This document shows positions 51,544-60,821 of a stretch of DNA of 63,884 bases, in pieces (positions within the stretch are counted from its first letter, which is position 1; each line of letters starts with the position of its first letter). The DNA is from Planctomycetota bacterium (GTDB lineage Bacteria > Planctomycetota > Phycisphaerae > UBA1845): contig JBBTCJ010000068.1 in assembly GCA_038043285.1 (NCBI GenBank), forward strand, positions 1 through 63,884. The letters run 5' to 3'. The notes under the pieces were generated by a model. The model was given only the letters and a program-made list of their open reading frames with translations. It was not told where the DNA came from and searched no databases. Position numbers and translations under genes: made by a program.

Positions 51544-52371
51544 ATGGCCCGGAAGAACACCAACCGATTCCGCGGAGGCATGGCTGCGGCGATGGTCTGG
51601 CTGTGGACCGCCGGGTACGTCCCGGCGGCCGACGTCACGGTTAACCCCGGCGCGGATGGAACTCTTGTTGACGGCGGTGTATTCGGGCTGTTTGACGGAA
51701 CCGCCGATGCCGCTGACTGGTACTTCAACGAATCGACCTACGAGGGCGCGATCTCGCTCTCGCGATCGGGGAATCTTCTGGAGCATCGCGTGGTCTTCGA
51801 GTTTAACCTGGGCACGGTCACCTATCCGACGCCGGTTCGTGCGATGTTCAAGTTCAAGTTACGCGGCGCGGCGCGGTTCCCGGCTGACCCGGCCGACGTC
51901 GCGGTCTTTTCGTATCCCGCGGACGTGCAGGAAACGCTGACGGATTTTTCCGCGGGTCCGGCGCAGCGCCTGGCGGTGCTGTCGGTTTCGCCGTTTCAGG
52001 CGCTGACGTCCTACACGATCGACGTGAGCGGTCCGGTGAACGCAGCCATTACGGGCGGGACCAAGAAGGTGGGGTTTCGCCTTCAGATCGACCCGCTGAC
52101 GTCGAGCCTCTCAAGCCAGGCGTTCATGGACATCCTGGAGAGCGATCCAACGACCAAACCGAGCCTGCGGATCTCGGACCAGGTGGCCGGAGATTTCGAC
52201 GGGGACCGCGACGTGGACCTCCACGATTTGGCCGCCCTTCCGTCGTGCATGAGAGGTCCGGCGATTACGGCAACCAGCGCCTGTCAGCCGCTTGACGCGG
52301 ACCTTGACGCCGACGTGGACCTTCTTGATTACGCCCGCGTGCTCCCAACGTTTACGGCTCCGCCGGTCTAA
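51544..52371 (+). CDS. Secreted protein with beta-sandwich and C-terminal dockerin-like domain
   Basis: Signal peptide. GDFDGDRDVDLHDLAAL..CMRGP...C..LDADLDADVDLLDYA duplicated Ca-loop. Confidence 0.8.
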   Translation: MARKNTNRFRGGMAAAMVWLWTAGYVPAADVTVNPGADGTLVDGGVFGLFDGTADAADWYFNESTYEGAISLSRSGNLLEHRVVFEFNLGTVTYPTPVRAMFKFKLRGAARFPADPADVAVFSYPADVQETLTDFSAGPAQRLAVLSVSPFQALTSYTIDVSGPVNAAITGGTKKVGFRLQIDPLTSSLSSQAFMDILESDPTTKPSLRISDQVAGDFDGDRDVDLHDLAALPSCMRGPAITATSACQPLDADLDADVDLLDYARVLPTFTAPPV

Positions 52372-53132
52372 GAACCGGACGCGGCCTTGCCGCGAACGAT
52401 GAGCCTGGATGCGGCATGGCCGAGGAAGTAGGTGAGGAAGGCCAGCACGATCCCGACGATCAACGAGGCAAGAATGATCGTAAACCCGCCCACGAAAGAG
52501 CCGCCGTTGGTAACGCCGAGTTCAGCCGGCCGAACGAAAAAGTCCTCGAAGAGCTTGAAGATGTCGTCGGAGCGGAGCTTTTCAAAGATCGGGGTTCCGG
52601 ATCGCCCGCTCATCAAGGTGACGGTCCGGGTGACGACGGTCGAACCCATTTCGTAATAGTCGCCCTGGAGGTTGTAAAAGGGCGCGAGGCCAACGACGAC
52701 GGCCATCGGGAAGAGGATCGGGCGGTAGCTTCGTCCGGCGACCTTCAGCAATGGGACGCCGAGCAGTACGGTCAGAAGGAAGGGGCCGAAGTCGGTGGCC
52801 AGATAGATCAAGTCGTTGCCGCGGGTGTCGAATCCGGAAAGCCGGCCGGCGTACTCCCCGCCAGTCACCACGAATGGGAAAAAGTTAGCGAGAATGGCGC
52901 CGCCGTACCGGGCCTGGATTTCCAGCTTGCTGATCGCGCCGCCGGAAACCACGCACCCCGCCGCGTGCAGCAACTCGTGGATCGGGACGTAGACGAACCA
53001 GGTGGCGACGCCGACGAGCATCCAGCCGGCCATCATCAGTCCCGGACTCTTGGTGGCCGCCAGCTTTTCCAGGCAAGCGAGCACGTCGTCCAGGGGTTGG
53101 CGGAAAAACCTTCGCATCATGTCACCCGGCAT
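52368..53132 (-). CDS. Membrane protein with HExxH motif (putative zinc metallopeptidase)
   Basis: YVPIHELLHAAG in a TM context. Several TM helices and a GDY motif. Confidence 0.7.
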   Translation of the reverse strand: MPGDMMRRFFRQPLDDVLACLEKLAATKSPGLMMAGWMLVGVATWFVYVPIHELLHAAGCVVSGGAISKLEIQARYGGAILANFFPFVVTGGEYAGRLSGFDTRGNDLIYLATDFGPFLLTVLLGVPLLKVAGRSYRPILFPMAVVVGLAPFYNLQGDYYEMGSTVVTRTVTLMSGRSGTPIFEKLRSDDIFKLFEDFFVRPAELGVTNGGSFVGGFTIILASLIVGIVLAFLTYFLGHAASRLIVRGKAASGS

Positions 53133-53396
53133 CCCTTACGCACAGAACCTTCGCGTGCCTGCCGGCGCCGGCCCGAGCGCCTCATCCTGGCCGCCGCGCT
53201 GCAAGTAGTTTACACGCGCACAGGCATCCGAGGAACGATCAACCTGCGGTTTGCCCTTCACTCGGCGGTCAAGAGTGACGACAATACCTCCGTCGGCCTT
53301 CCCGTCGATCGGCCGCCGGACCGATGGTCGAACGGGGCCGAAATGACTACCATCGTCGTCGAAACCATCGAACCAACATAGTTTAGGAGCCAACAC

Positions 53397-53720
53397 ATGG
53401 TCACGATCGGAATGAACTATGCGGTCATCCAGGGCAAGGAGCAGACCTTCGAGAGCGCCTTCAACAAGGTGCTGAAGGCCATGCAGGGCATCGGTGGCCA
53501 CGGCGAGACCCAGATGTATCGCGACATCAACAACCCGCAACAGTACCTGATCGTCTCGCTTTGGACCGACAAGGCCGCCTTCGACGCCTTCATCGGTTCA
53601 GAGACCTTCAAGAGCGTGGCCAACTGGGGCAAGGAGCAGATTCTCTCCGGGCGTCCGCGGCACGAGGTTTATGGCGGCAACGAACCCGCGGCAGCCCGCT
53701 GCCCGGCGCACGCAGGGTAG
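53397..53720 (+). CDS. Antibiotic-biosynthesis-monooxygenase (ABM/HmoA-like) family protein
   Basis: AGGAG RBS. GKEQTFE..F...YLIVSLWTDKAAFDAFIGSE.F...RPRHEVY. Confidence 0.85.
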   Translation: MVTIGMNYAVIQGKEQTFESAFNKVLKAMQGIGGHGETQMYRDINNPQQYLIVSLWTDKAAFDAFIGSETFKSVANWGKEQILSGRPRHEVYGGNEPAAARCPAHAG

Positions 53721-53765
53721 GACTGCGTCGGACCACGAGCCAGTACCTCGATTCATCGGAACCTG

Positions 53766-53820
53766 CGGGTGGACTGGGCAAGCGACGGGCACGGGCAGAC
53801 AAGCTTTCCCAGGCCACCCA
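53766..53820. repeat. Degenerate repeat family B element
   Basis: gggtgg-actggg...gcacgggcagacaagct...cccagg-ccaccc inverted arms. Confidence 0.55.
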
Positions 53821-54181
53821 TGCGGCGCCCGTCACTTCGGGTCAATCGGTTCGCTACGGGTTGCGGGGCATGGTCCCAAGCCCCAGGCACCAGCCCACCG
53901 ACTCGCTCGGATCGAGGAAGAAGCCGGGCCGGCCAGATGCCGAGCGGCAGGCGGCCAGCCCGGTCGGCCGACTAACCTTCTCAAATGCACTGTGTCGATA
54001 TTGCCGAGGGAAACGGTCTATCGACGTCGGTCGACCCGGGCGTCTCAGTCGTCCCGAGGAAATACCTCCGAACGCCCGAAACGCGTTGTAAATCGCGCAG
54101 GAGACCATGCCCACGCAAGCGTGAGCATGGCACGCCAGGCGTGGGCCGAAGACCGGTCGTTTCCCGAAGGGAGGACTTTAC

Positions 54182-54793
54182 ATGACGACGCGTCACGTTC
54201 TTGGACCGGCCGGGCTTTCCGCCGCCTTGTTCATGCTCGGTTGCGAAGGCGGCGTACAATTCCATTATCACGATGACGATCCGCCGCCCCATGCGGTGAT
54301 TGTCGAATACGGGCACGCCTGCACGCCCGCGTGCGTGCATTATTGGGATGGCACCCGGTTCGTTGTCGTGCGTCGCGGGCATCACCACGGCCCCCGATGC
54401 GGGCACGTCCTCAGCGACGGCAAGTGGACCCTCAGCGTGTCGGTCGGCGATGATCACCTGCGCGTGGCGGCCGGGCACGTTTGCACACCCGGATGCCATG
54501 AACACTACTGGGACGGTTCGAGCGTGGTGGTGCTGCGAGGCCACCGGCACACTCCGGGGTGCGGACATGCGTTTGAAGGCGGTCGCTGGATCATCGTCGC
54601 CGGAACGCCGGTTCGCGTTCAGAAGGCACCAGCACAGGAGGTGCGGGTAGTCAGGATTCCGCCGCCGCCGGGGCACGTCAATCTTCACGTCTACGACCGC
54701 AGCGGAAGCAAGTGGATTCGTCTGAAAGCCGGGCACGTGCACGGGCCAAGTTGCGGACACCTGCTTGTCGAAGGACATTGGTGTTTGCGCTAA
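54182..54793 (+). CDS. His/Cys-rich repeat lipoprotein (putative metal-binding)
   Basis: GGAGG RBS, lipobox FMLGC, five GH-x-[HC]-x-P-x-C units. Confidence 0.8.
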   Translation: MTTRHVLGPAGLSAALFMLGCEGGVQFHYHDDDPPPHAVIVEYGHACTPACVHYWDGTRFVVVRRGHHHGPRCGHVLSDGKWTLSVSVGDDHLRVAAGHVCTPGCHEHYWDGSSVVVLRGHRHTPGCGHAFEGGRWIIVAGTPVRVQKAPAQEVRVVRIPPPPGHVNLHVYDRSGSKWIRLKAGHVHGPSCGHLLVEGHWCLR

Positions 54794-54857
54794 TATGACA
54801 GGGCTACCTTCGCGAGAGCGGTTACAGGGATGTCTCGATGCCGCGCGGTCCGAGGCA

Positions 54858-54916
54858 TCAGAGCACCGGGCGCAAGCCCGGTGACCTGTCCGCGGGTTTG
54901 CGCCCCGCGGCTCTGA
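54858..54916. repeat. TCAGAGC-headed palindrome doublet (family A-related)
   Basis: tcagagcaccgggcgcaagcccggtg ... cgcgggtttgcgccccgcggctctga. Confidence 0.65.
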
Positions 54917-55119
54917 ACATCGCGTTGCGCTCTCCTACCAGCGCATCCGGCGTCGTCCTTCTCTATCCGTTCGCCGATCCCATCAACGACTGCCTTGCCC
55001 GGCTGAGCCGCCGGCCTTAGTCTGCGCGCGCCTGTGCATCGTAATGTGTCCGAGGAAGAATTCCCGCGCGGGAGTTCCGCCTGTGGCTCGGCCGACGATG
55101 CGCCCGTCGGATTGGTACA

Positions 55120-56301
55120 TTGAACGGCGGCTCGGACATCCTGGTCATCGGCGGCGGAGTGATCGGGTTGACGATCGCTCGCCGGCTGGCGCGCGATGGG
55201 ATCCGCGTTACCGTCCTGGAGCGCGGGCGTTGCGGCGGCGAATCCTCGTGGGCCGGCGCGGGCGTGCTGGCGCCTTGCAATCCGCATCGTCATGACGCAG
55301 TGGCGGCACTTCGGCTCCGAAGTCTGGCGATGTACCCCGCCTTCTGCCGCGAGCTGCTGGACGAGACCGGAATCGATCCGGAATACGACGCCTGCGGTGA
55401 GCTGGAGATCGCGATGAACGAAGACGCTTTGCGTTCGTTGCGCGACGACGCGCAGGCGGGCGCGGAGATGAAGACGCCGGACGGCTCGCCGGCCTACGTC
55501 TTGCACGAGCCGGCATCCGCTCGACGACTGGAGCCGCTGGTCAGTGAGCAAGCCCTCGGGGCACTGGAAGTCCGGCAGACGGCCCAGGTGCGAAACCCTC
55601 GACTTCTTCGCGCGCTGACGACCTCCTGCGTCCGATCCGGTGTGACCCTCCGCGAGAACACGCCGGCGCACGACCTTGAACTCACGGGCGACCGGGTGAC
55701 GGGCGTCGTCACCAACGGCGGGGTGCTGAGAGCCGACCGAGTCGTGCTCTGCGCCGGAGCGTGGTCTTCGCAGATCAGCGGGCGACTGGCGGAACTGATG
55801 CCGGTCCATCCCGTCCGAGGACAGGTCGTATTGATGAAGTTCGAAGCGCGAGCGTTGGCCCACGTCATTGCGCGGGGAAAGACCTATCTGGTTCCTCGCC
55901 GGGACGGGCACGTCATCCTGGGTGCGACCGAGGAGCACCGATCGGGATTCAGCAAGCGGAACACGGCCAAAGGCATTGCCGGGTTGATCGAGAAAGGCGT
56001 ACAGCTGGTTCCGTCGATCGCGGACGCGCAGGTGGAAGCGACCTGGGCAGGGCTTCGACCGGGAACGCCGGACGACAATCCCTACATCGGAGCGGTCCCC
56101 GGGCTGGATGGGTTGATCGCCGCGACGGGACACTTCCGCGCGGGATTGATCCTCGCGCCAATCACTTCGGAAATTGTGGCTGAGTTGGCGACGCCGAAGA
56201 CGTCTGGGAACGTCCCGGCTGGGGGCACGGCCCCCCTACCGACGGCGGGACTCGATCTCTCTGCGTGCCGGTCCGGCCGACAACTAAAGGCAGCGCCTTA
56301 A
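55120..56301 (+). CDS. thiO: Glycine oxidase ThiO (FAD-dependent DAO family)
   Basis: IGGGVIG, SSWAGAGVL, PVRGQ, YLVPRRDG...GAT.E, WAGLRPGTPD..PYIG, GHFRAGLILAP. Confidence 0.85.
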   Translation: MNGGSDILVIGGGVIGLTIARRLARDGIRVTVLERGRCGGESSWAGAGVLAPCNPHRHDAVAALRLRSLAMYPAFCRELLDETGIDPEYDACGELEIAMNEDALRSLRDDAQAGAEMKTPDGSPAYVLHEPASARRLEPLVSEQALGALEVRQTAQVRNPRLLRALTTSCVRSGVTLRENTPAHDLELTGDRVTGVVTNGGVLRADRVVLCAGAWSSQISGRLAELMPVHPVRGQVVLMKFEARALAHVIARGKTYLVPRRDGHVILGATEEHRSGFSKRNTAKGIAGLIEKGVQLVPSIADAQVEATWAGLRPGTPDDNPYIGAVPGLDGLIAATGHFRAGLILAPITSEIVAELATPKTSGNVPAGGTAPLPTAGLDLSACRSGRQLKAAP

Positions 56302-56433
56302 GAGGAATCTCGCCGATACGCCGCGCGTTCGCGAAACGTCATTTCCGAGGTGCGCGCGGAGTATTGTAGCACTGTGGCGTTTGTGCTTGCCAATCCGCTT
56401 CACGTCACCCGTTGATGCGCCGCCCATGCACGC

Positions 56434-59400
56434 TTACGCGGCGGACAGGCTCCGCCGACCAAAGAAAATCTTGCCGCCGGTCAGAAGCAGCAGACTCAGC
56501 ACCACCAGCCCCCACTCCGACACGGTGGGAATCGGGCAGAATTCGTGTATCACCGGAACGATGCAATCAGCAGCAATGTTTCCGCATTCGTCGCGAGCCT
56601 CGCAACTGATGGTCACTGAGTCGGACTCCACCGGATCATTCAGCGGTTTTCCGTCGCTTCGGGTGCAGGTCACATCGCACATGCCGCAGCTGTCGGTGCA
56701 CGTCGGAGGCGTAAACGGAACGGGTTGCCCCGGACACACCGCGACGCTCGTCGGACAGTTTTGCATCGTTGGCGGATGCGTGTCGATGATCAGAATGTGC
56801 TGAACGCATTGGGTGACGTTTCCAGTGTTTCCCGTCGCGACGATGGACGTGGCCCCTCCGTCCGTCGCGCTGATGGTACGCGTAACGTCAAGCTTTGGCA
56901 GCGGACTGATACCGGCGACCACCTGGGGCGTACAGTCCTTCACGGTCTGTTCGACTTCGATGGTGATCTCGGGATCGGGGTCGCAATTGTCGGTCACGAT
57001 CGGATCGCCGAAATCGCCGATGGCGTCACACTGGAAGGTGAGATCCGGCGGACAGATGATGACCGGCGCCGTGGTGTCCACGATTCGGATCGTGTGCTGG
57101 CAGCTGGCCGACTTGCCGCAAGCGTTGGTGACCGTGCAGGTGCGGGTGACCGTGCTCTCCTGCGTAAGTTTGCCGGGAACCACGACCTCGACGCATTCCA
57201 CGGTCGCACTCGGCGTGCAAGTATCATTGACCGTCGGGTCGCCGAAACTGCCCACCGCGTCGCACTCGTACGTCAGGTCGGGTGGACAGGTGATGCCCGG
57301 CGTGGGGCAGGTATACACGCAGAGGTCGCCGGCCTCGTCGCACGAATCTTGCGTGCAGGCGACGAGGTCGTCACACGGCGGATCCCCCGGTACGCACACG
57401 GCAGCCAGGCACGTTTCGTCGCCGTTGCAGTAGAGACCGTCTCCGCAGGACGTGCCGTCGGGCGCGTCCGGAAGATCGACGCAGGTGCCAGACAGTGGGT
57501 TACATTCCTGCCCGCTCTCACATGGGGGAACGGCCCCGGCGCATGAAACCTCGCTGAGCCTCGCGCATTGCCCCAGGCCGTTGCAGTGATCGTGGGTACA
57601 GAGATTGCCGTCCGCCTCGCACGGCGTGCTCAGCACCGGATCGGAAAGCTGATCGCACGCGCCGGTGGCCGGGTTGCACCGCGTTCCGGCGTCACAGAAT
57701 CCCGTCGGACCCGGACAGACGCGGTCTTCGATAAACACGCAGGCGCCTGTCCCGTCGCACTCTTCCAGGGTGCAGCGGTCGTTGTCGCCTTCGCACGGCG
57801 TTCCCGCGGCCGGGTCGGTCAGATTCATGCACATGCCGGTTCGGGATGCGCAAACCTGCCCGGCGTCGCACGGACCGGATGGATCGAGGCACACGACGTC
57901 ATCCAGGAACACGCAACTTCCGGTCCCGTCACAATGATCATTGGTACAGAGATCACCATCCCGCTCGCAGGGCGTGCTGAGAGGCTTCGGCGATAGGACG
58001 CAATTGCCGGTCGTCGGATTGCAGGCTGCGGTGGTGCAAGGACCGGCCAGCCCGGAACAATCGACCGCACCGACCGGCGCGCACCCGCCGCTGCCGTTGC
58101 ATTCCTCGATAGTGCACAGATTTCCGTCCGCCTCGCACGGTGTTCCGCTCGGCGGGTTGGGAAGCATGACGCACTGCCCGGTCTGCGGATCGCATTGCTC
58201 GCCGGCGCTGCAGGTGTCGCCGCTGCCGCAGACGACGTTGTTGTACGTCACGCAGGCTCCGGCACCGTCGCAGTGGTCGATCGTGCAGGCGTTGTCATCT
58301 CGATTGCACGGCGTGCTCAGCGGAGGATCGGGCAGCGGGTTGCACCCGCCGGTGCTCGGATCACACACGGTTCCGCCGTCACAAACGTGGATCGGCCCGG
58401 GGCACGATACGTTGTTGTAAGTCACGCACAAACCCTGACCGTCACAATGGTCGATCGTGCAGAAGCTTGCGTCCGCCTCGCACGAAGTGCTCAGCGGCGC
58501 GTCCGCCTGGGCAACGCACAACCCGGTGCCCGGGCTGCATACCTCTCCGCCGTCGCACGGCGGGTTGGGGGCCTGACAGCTTACGTCATCAAAGGTCACG
58601 CAGGCGCCGCTGCCGTTGCAATGGTCGATGGTGCAAAGGTTGCCGTCGGCCTCGCAGGTCGTGCTCAGCGGAAGCGGCGGGTTGGAACATGAATCGTTGA
58701 TCTCGTCGCAAACGCAACCCGTGCAGGGGTTGCCGTCGTCGCACTTTCCCCCGGACGAACAGGCGTCCGCCGGGCAAAACGGCAAACGCACGTCGGCGCC
58801 CTTGAGCTGGTTGTCTTGCGATCCCAGCGAAATCCCGTCCACGTTGCTGAGCTTGAAGTGGTACGGTCCACCGCTGATGGCCGAAGCCCCGCGCCCGGCG
58901 CCATACCCGATCCCTATGCCGGTCGCGCCGTCGATCCCGACGGAAATATGGCCGGCGACCTCGACGAGAACCATCGCCGCGTCTGAGGTCCAATGAACCG
59001 TGTAGGCGGCATCCGAATCGGAACCGCCGGTGTACCCGTCGAAGGTCATGGACACGCCGGTCAGCGCGCTCGCCGAGGACGGGGCACAAATGCGGAACGT
59101 TCGATTACCCATGCTCGACTCGTAGGCGGTCACGCTCGCGGCGACGTTGTCGCCCAAGAGTGTTCCCATGTTGTCGGGCAGATTGGCGTTGACGCAGTTG
59201 GTGCTTGCCGAGAGCGCCGTGCAGAGGGCGGTCGTCGCCGGCGGGCCGATCGCGGGACCGCACTCATCGACGAACAGATCGGCGAGCAGACCCGGCGGAG
59301 GAGGTTCCAGCAGGTTGGCGGCGGCGTACGCCTGGCTCCAAGAGGTCAGATAGTCGTAGGCATGAATGGTCGCGCTCTTGTTCGCCTGATGGCTGAGCGA

Positions 59401-59730
59401 CAGCGCGTGGGTGTTGCCGGACGTCGCCGGAATGTCCTCCAGGATCGCCCGTTGCGGAACGGACATCCCCTCCAGATACAGCGAGTTGTTTTGCTGCAGG
59501 ATGGAGTTGATCCACTTGATGCCGCCCAGCGTCGGATCCTCGTTGGCCGGTTGACGAAAATCAGTCCCGATCGAGGTGGTCACCGTGATCTGGGCACGAA
59601 CGAGAATCGGCAGCGCGCAAAACCCGATGCCCACACAAACCATCAGGCCGGAGAACCGGACCGAGGGTCGGCGAAGCCATTGCGAAGCAGACGAAATCCA
59701 ACGCGGAAAAGTCCGATAGGCGGGGCGCAT
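56434..59730 (-). CDS. Cys-rich surface protein with IPTL-CTERM sorting signal
   Basis: Signal peptide. Seven ~58-aa 8-Cys repeats. HYR-like DTTAPVIICPPD domains. C-terminal IPTVSEWGLVVLSLLLL...RR. Confidence 0.9.
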   Translation of the reverse strand: MRPAYRTFPRWISSASQWLRRPSVRFSGLMVCVGIGFCALPILVRAQITVTTSIGTDFRQPANEDPTLGGIKWINSILQQNNSLYLEGMSVPQRAILEDIPATSGNTHALSLSHQANKSATIHAYDYLTSWSQAYAAANLLEPPPPGLLADLFVDECGPAIGPPATTALCTALSASTNCVNANLPDNMGTLLGDNVAASVTAYESSMGNRTFRICAPSSASALTGVSMTFDGYTGGSDSDAAYTVHWTSDAAMVLVEVAGHISVGIDGATGIGIGYGAGRGASAISGGPYHFKLSNVDGISLGSQDNQLKGADVRLPFCPADACSSGGKCDDGNPCTGCVCDEINDSCSNPPLPLSTTCEADGNLCTIDHCNGSGACVTFDDVSCQAPNPPCDGGEVCSPGTGLCVAQADAPLSTSCEADASFCTIDHCDGQGLCVTYNNVSCPGPIHVCDGGTVCDPSTGGCNPLPDPPLSTPCNRDDNACTIDHCDGAGACVTYNNVVCGSGDTCSAGEQCDPQTGQCVMLPNPPSGTPCEADGNLCTIEECNGSGGCAPVGAVDCSGLAGPCTTAACNPTTGNCVLSPKPLSTPCERDGDLCTNDHCDGTGSCVFLDDVVCLDPSGPCDAGQVCASRTGMCMNLTDPAAGTPCEGDNDRCTLEECDGTGACVFIEDRVCPGPTGFCDAGTRCNPATGACDQLSDPVLSTPCEADGNLCTHDHCNGLGQCARLSEVSCAGAVPPCESGQECNPLSGTCVDLPDAPDGTSCGDGLYCNGDETCLAAVCVPGDPPCDDLVACTQDSCDEAGDLCVYTCPTPGITCPPDLTYECDAVGSFGDPTVNDTCTPSATVECVEVVVPGKLTQESTVTRTCTVTNACGKSASCQHTIRIVDTTAPVIICPPDLTFQCDAIGDFGDPIVTDNCDPDPEITIEVEQTVKDCTPQVVAGISPLPKLDVTRTISATDGGATSIVATGNTGNVTQCVQHILIIDTHPPTMQNCPTSVAVCPGQPVPFTPPTCTDSCGMCDVTCTRSDGKPLNDPVESDSVTISCEARDECGNIAADCIVPVIHEFCPIPTVSEWGLVVLSLLLLTGGKIFFGRRSLSAA

Positions 59731-59827
59731 CACTTCTCTCCCAGTTCCACAACGATCCACGGCCAAGTTCGCAGCAGCACATTGCGTCCGGGTGGACGGA
59801 TGGCGCTCGCGAAAAGTTCAAGGCCGT

Positions 59828-59857
59828 ATCTTACGCATTTTTACGGCGGCCTGTCAA
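59828..59857 (-). promoter_or_regulatory. Sigma70-type promoter
   Basis: Minus strand TTGACA-18 bp-TAAGAT. Confidence 0.6.
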
Positions 59858-60072
59858 CCAGATTCTCAGGAAGCGTTATTCCAGGCCCAAGGGGGGTCCG
59901 CGGCGTATTGACGCAGACCTTGGTGCCAACGATCAAGTAGTCCTCCTTTATCCGGTTATCCCGTCTTGCCAAATCACTACTGGATCGCCCAAGGTTCGTC
60001 CGAATAAGTTAACTGGCGCTGTTCAGGTTGGTTGGTCCGGGAAGGATTGACCGGCGCGACCAGAGAAAAGTG

Positions 60073-60101
60073 TTGACGCGACGATGTGCGGTGTGTATCG
60101 T
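60073..60101 (+). promoter_or_regulatory. Sigma70-type promoter for the regulator cluster
   Basis: TTGACG-17 bp-TATCGT. Confidence 0.55.
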
Positions 60102-60175
60102 ATAGGAAATATAGGGGGGTTGGACAAATTGCGAAGAATTGGGGATGCATCGGAGGCAGCCTCGGAGATCGGATC

Positions 60176-60775
60176 ATGGCGGATGGATTGCAAACGAAAC
60201 AACTGCAAACGAAACAAGTGTTCACGACCGGCGAGGTCGCGCAGATCTGCAAGGTGAGCCAGCAGACCGTAATCCGCTGTTTCGACAGCGGACGGTTGAA
60301 GGGCTTTCGGGTGCCGGGGTCGCGCTTTCGACGAATTCCGCGGGACGCGCTGGTGGCGTTCATGAAAGGCAACCAGATTCCAATGGAGAATCTGGAGACC
60401 GGCAAGCGGCGGATTCTGGTGGTCGACGACGACGAAGCGATCATCGAGATGTTCTCGGACTTGCTGGAGCGCGACGGGCGGTTCGAAGTGCGGACCGCGA
60501 CCACGGGCTACGACGCGGGAATCATGACCGAACAGTTTCGTCCGGACGTTTTGCTGCTGGACTACAAGCTTCCGGACATCAACGGGACGGCCGTCTGTCG
60601 CACGATCCGGGGGAACGCGGCGTTTCGGCACATGCAGATCCTCATCATCAGCGGCGTGGCCGACCCGGATGAGGTAGAGGAGTTACGACGCGCCGGGGCG
60701 AACGAGTTCATTCGCAAGCCGTTCGACATTACCAATGTCATCAACCGCGTCGCGGAGTTACTGAAGGTGGCGTAG
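60176..60775 (+). CDS. Response regulator with N-terminal excisionase-like HTH
   Basis: VFTTGEVAQICKVSQQTVIRCFDSGRLKGFRVPGS. Receiver with VDDD, LLD and KPF. Confidence 0.92.
   Translation: MADGLQTKQLQTKQVFTTGEVAQICKVSQQTVIRCFDSGRLKGFRVPGSRFRRIPRDALVAFMKGNQIPMENLETGKRRILVVDDDEAIIEMFSDLLERDGRFEVRTATTGYDAGIMTEQFRPDVLLLDYKLPDINGTAVCRTIRGNAAFRHMQILIISGVADPDEVEELRRAGANEFIRKPFDITNVINRVAELLKVA
60189..60218 (+). repeat. 15-bp tandem duplication at the 5' end of the regulator
   Basis: tgcaaacgaaacaac tgcaaacgaaacaag (LQTKQ LQTKQ). Confidence 0.85.
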
Positions 60776-60821
60776 CCGTTCGCGGCGGCGCGGCGGGTCA
60801 AGCCGGGGGGTGTTGCATCCA

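Noticed and set aside
53720-54181. Several small ORFs between the ABM gene and the His-rich gene
   Set aside because: They overlap repeat-like sequence and lack coding signatures.
54800-55119. Possible TPP riboswitch before thiO
   Set aside because: No CTGAGA or other TPP consensus is present; only repeat-derived hairpins are visible.
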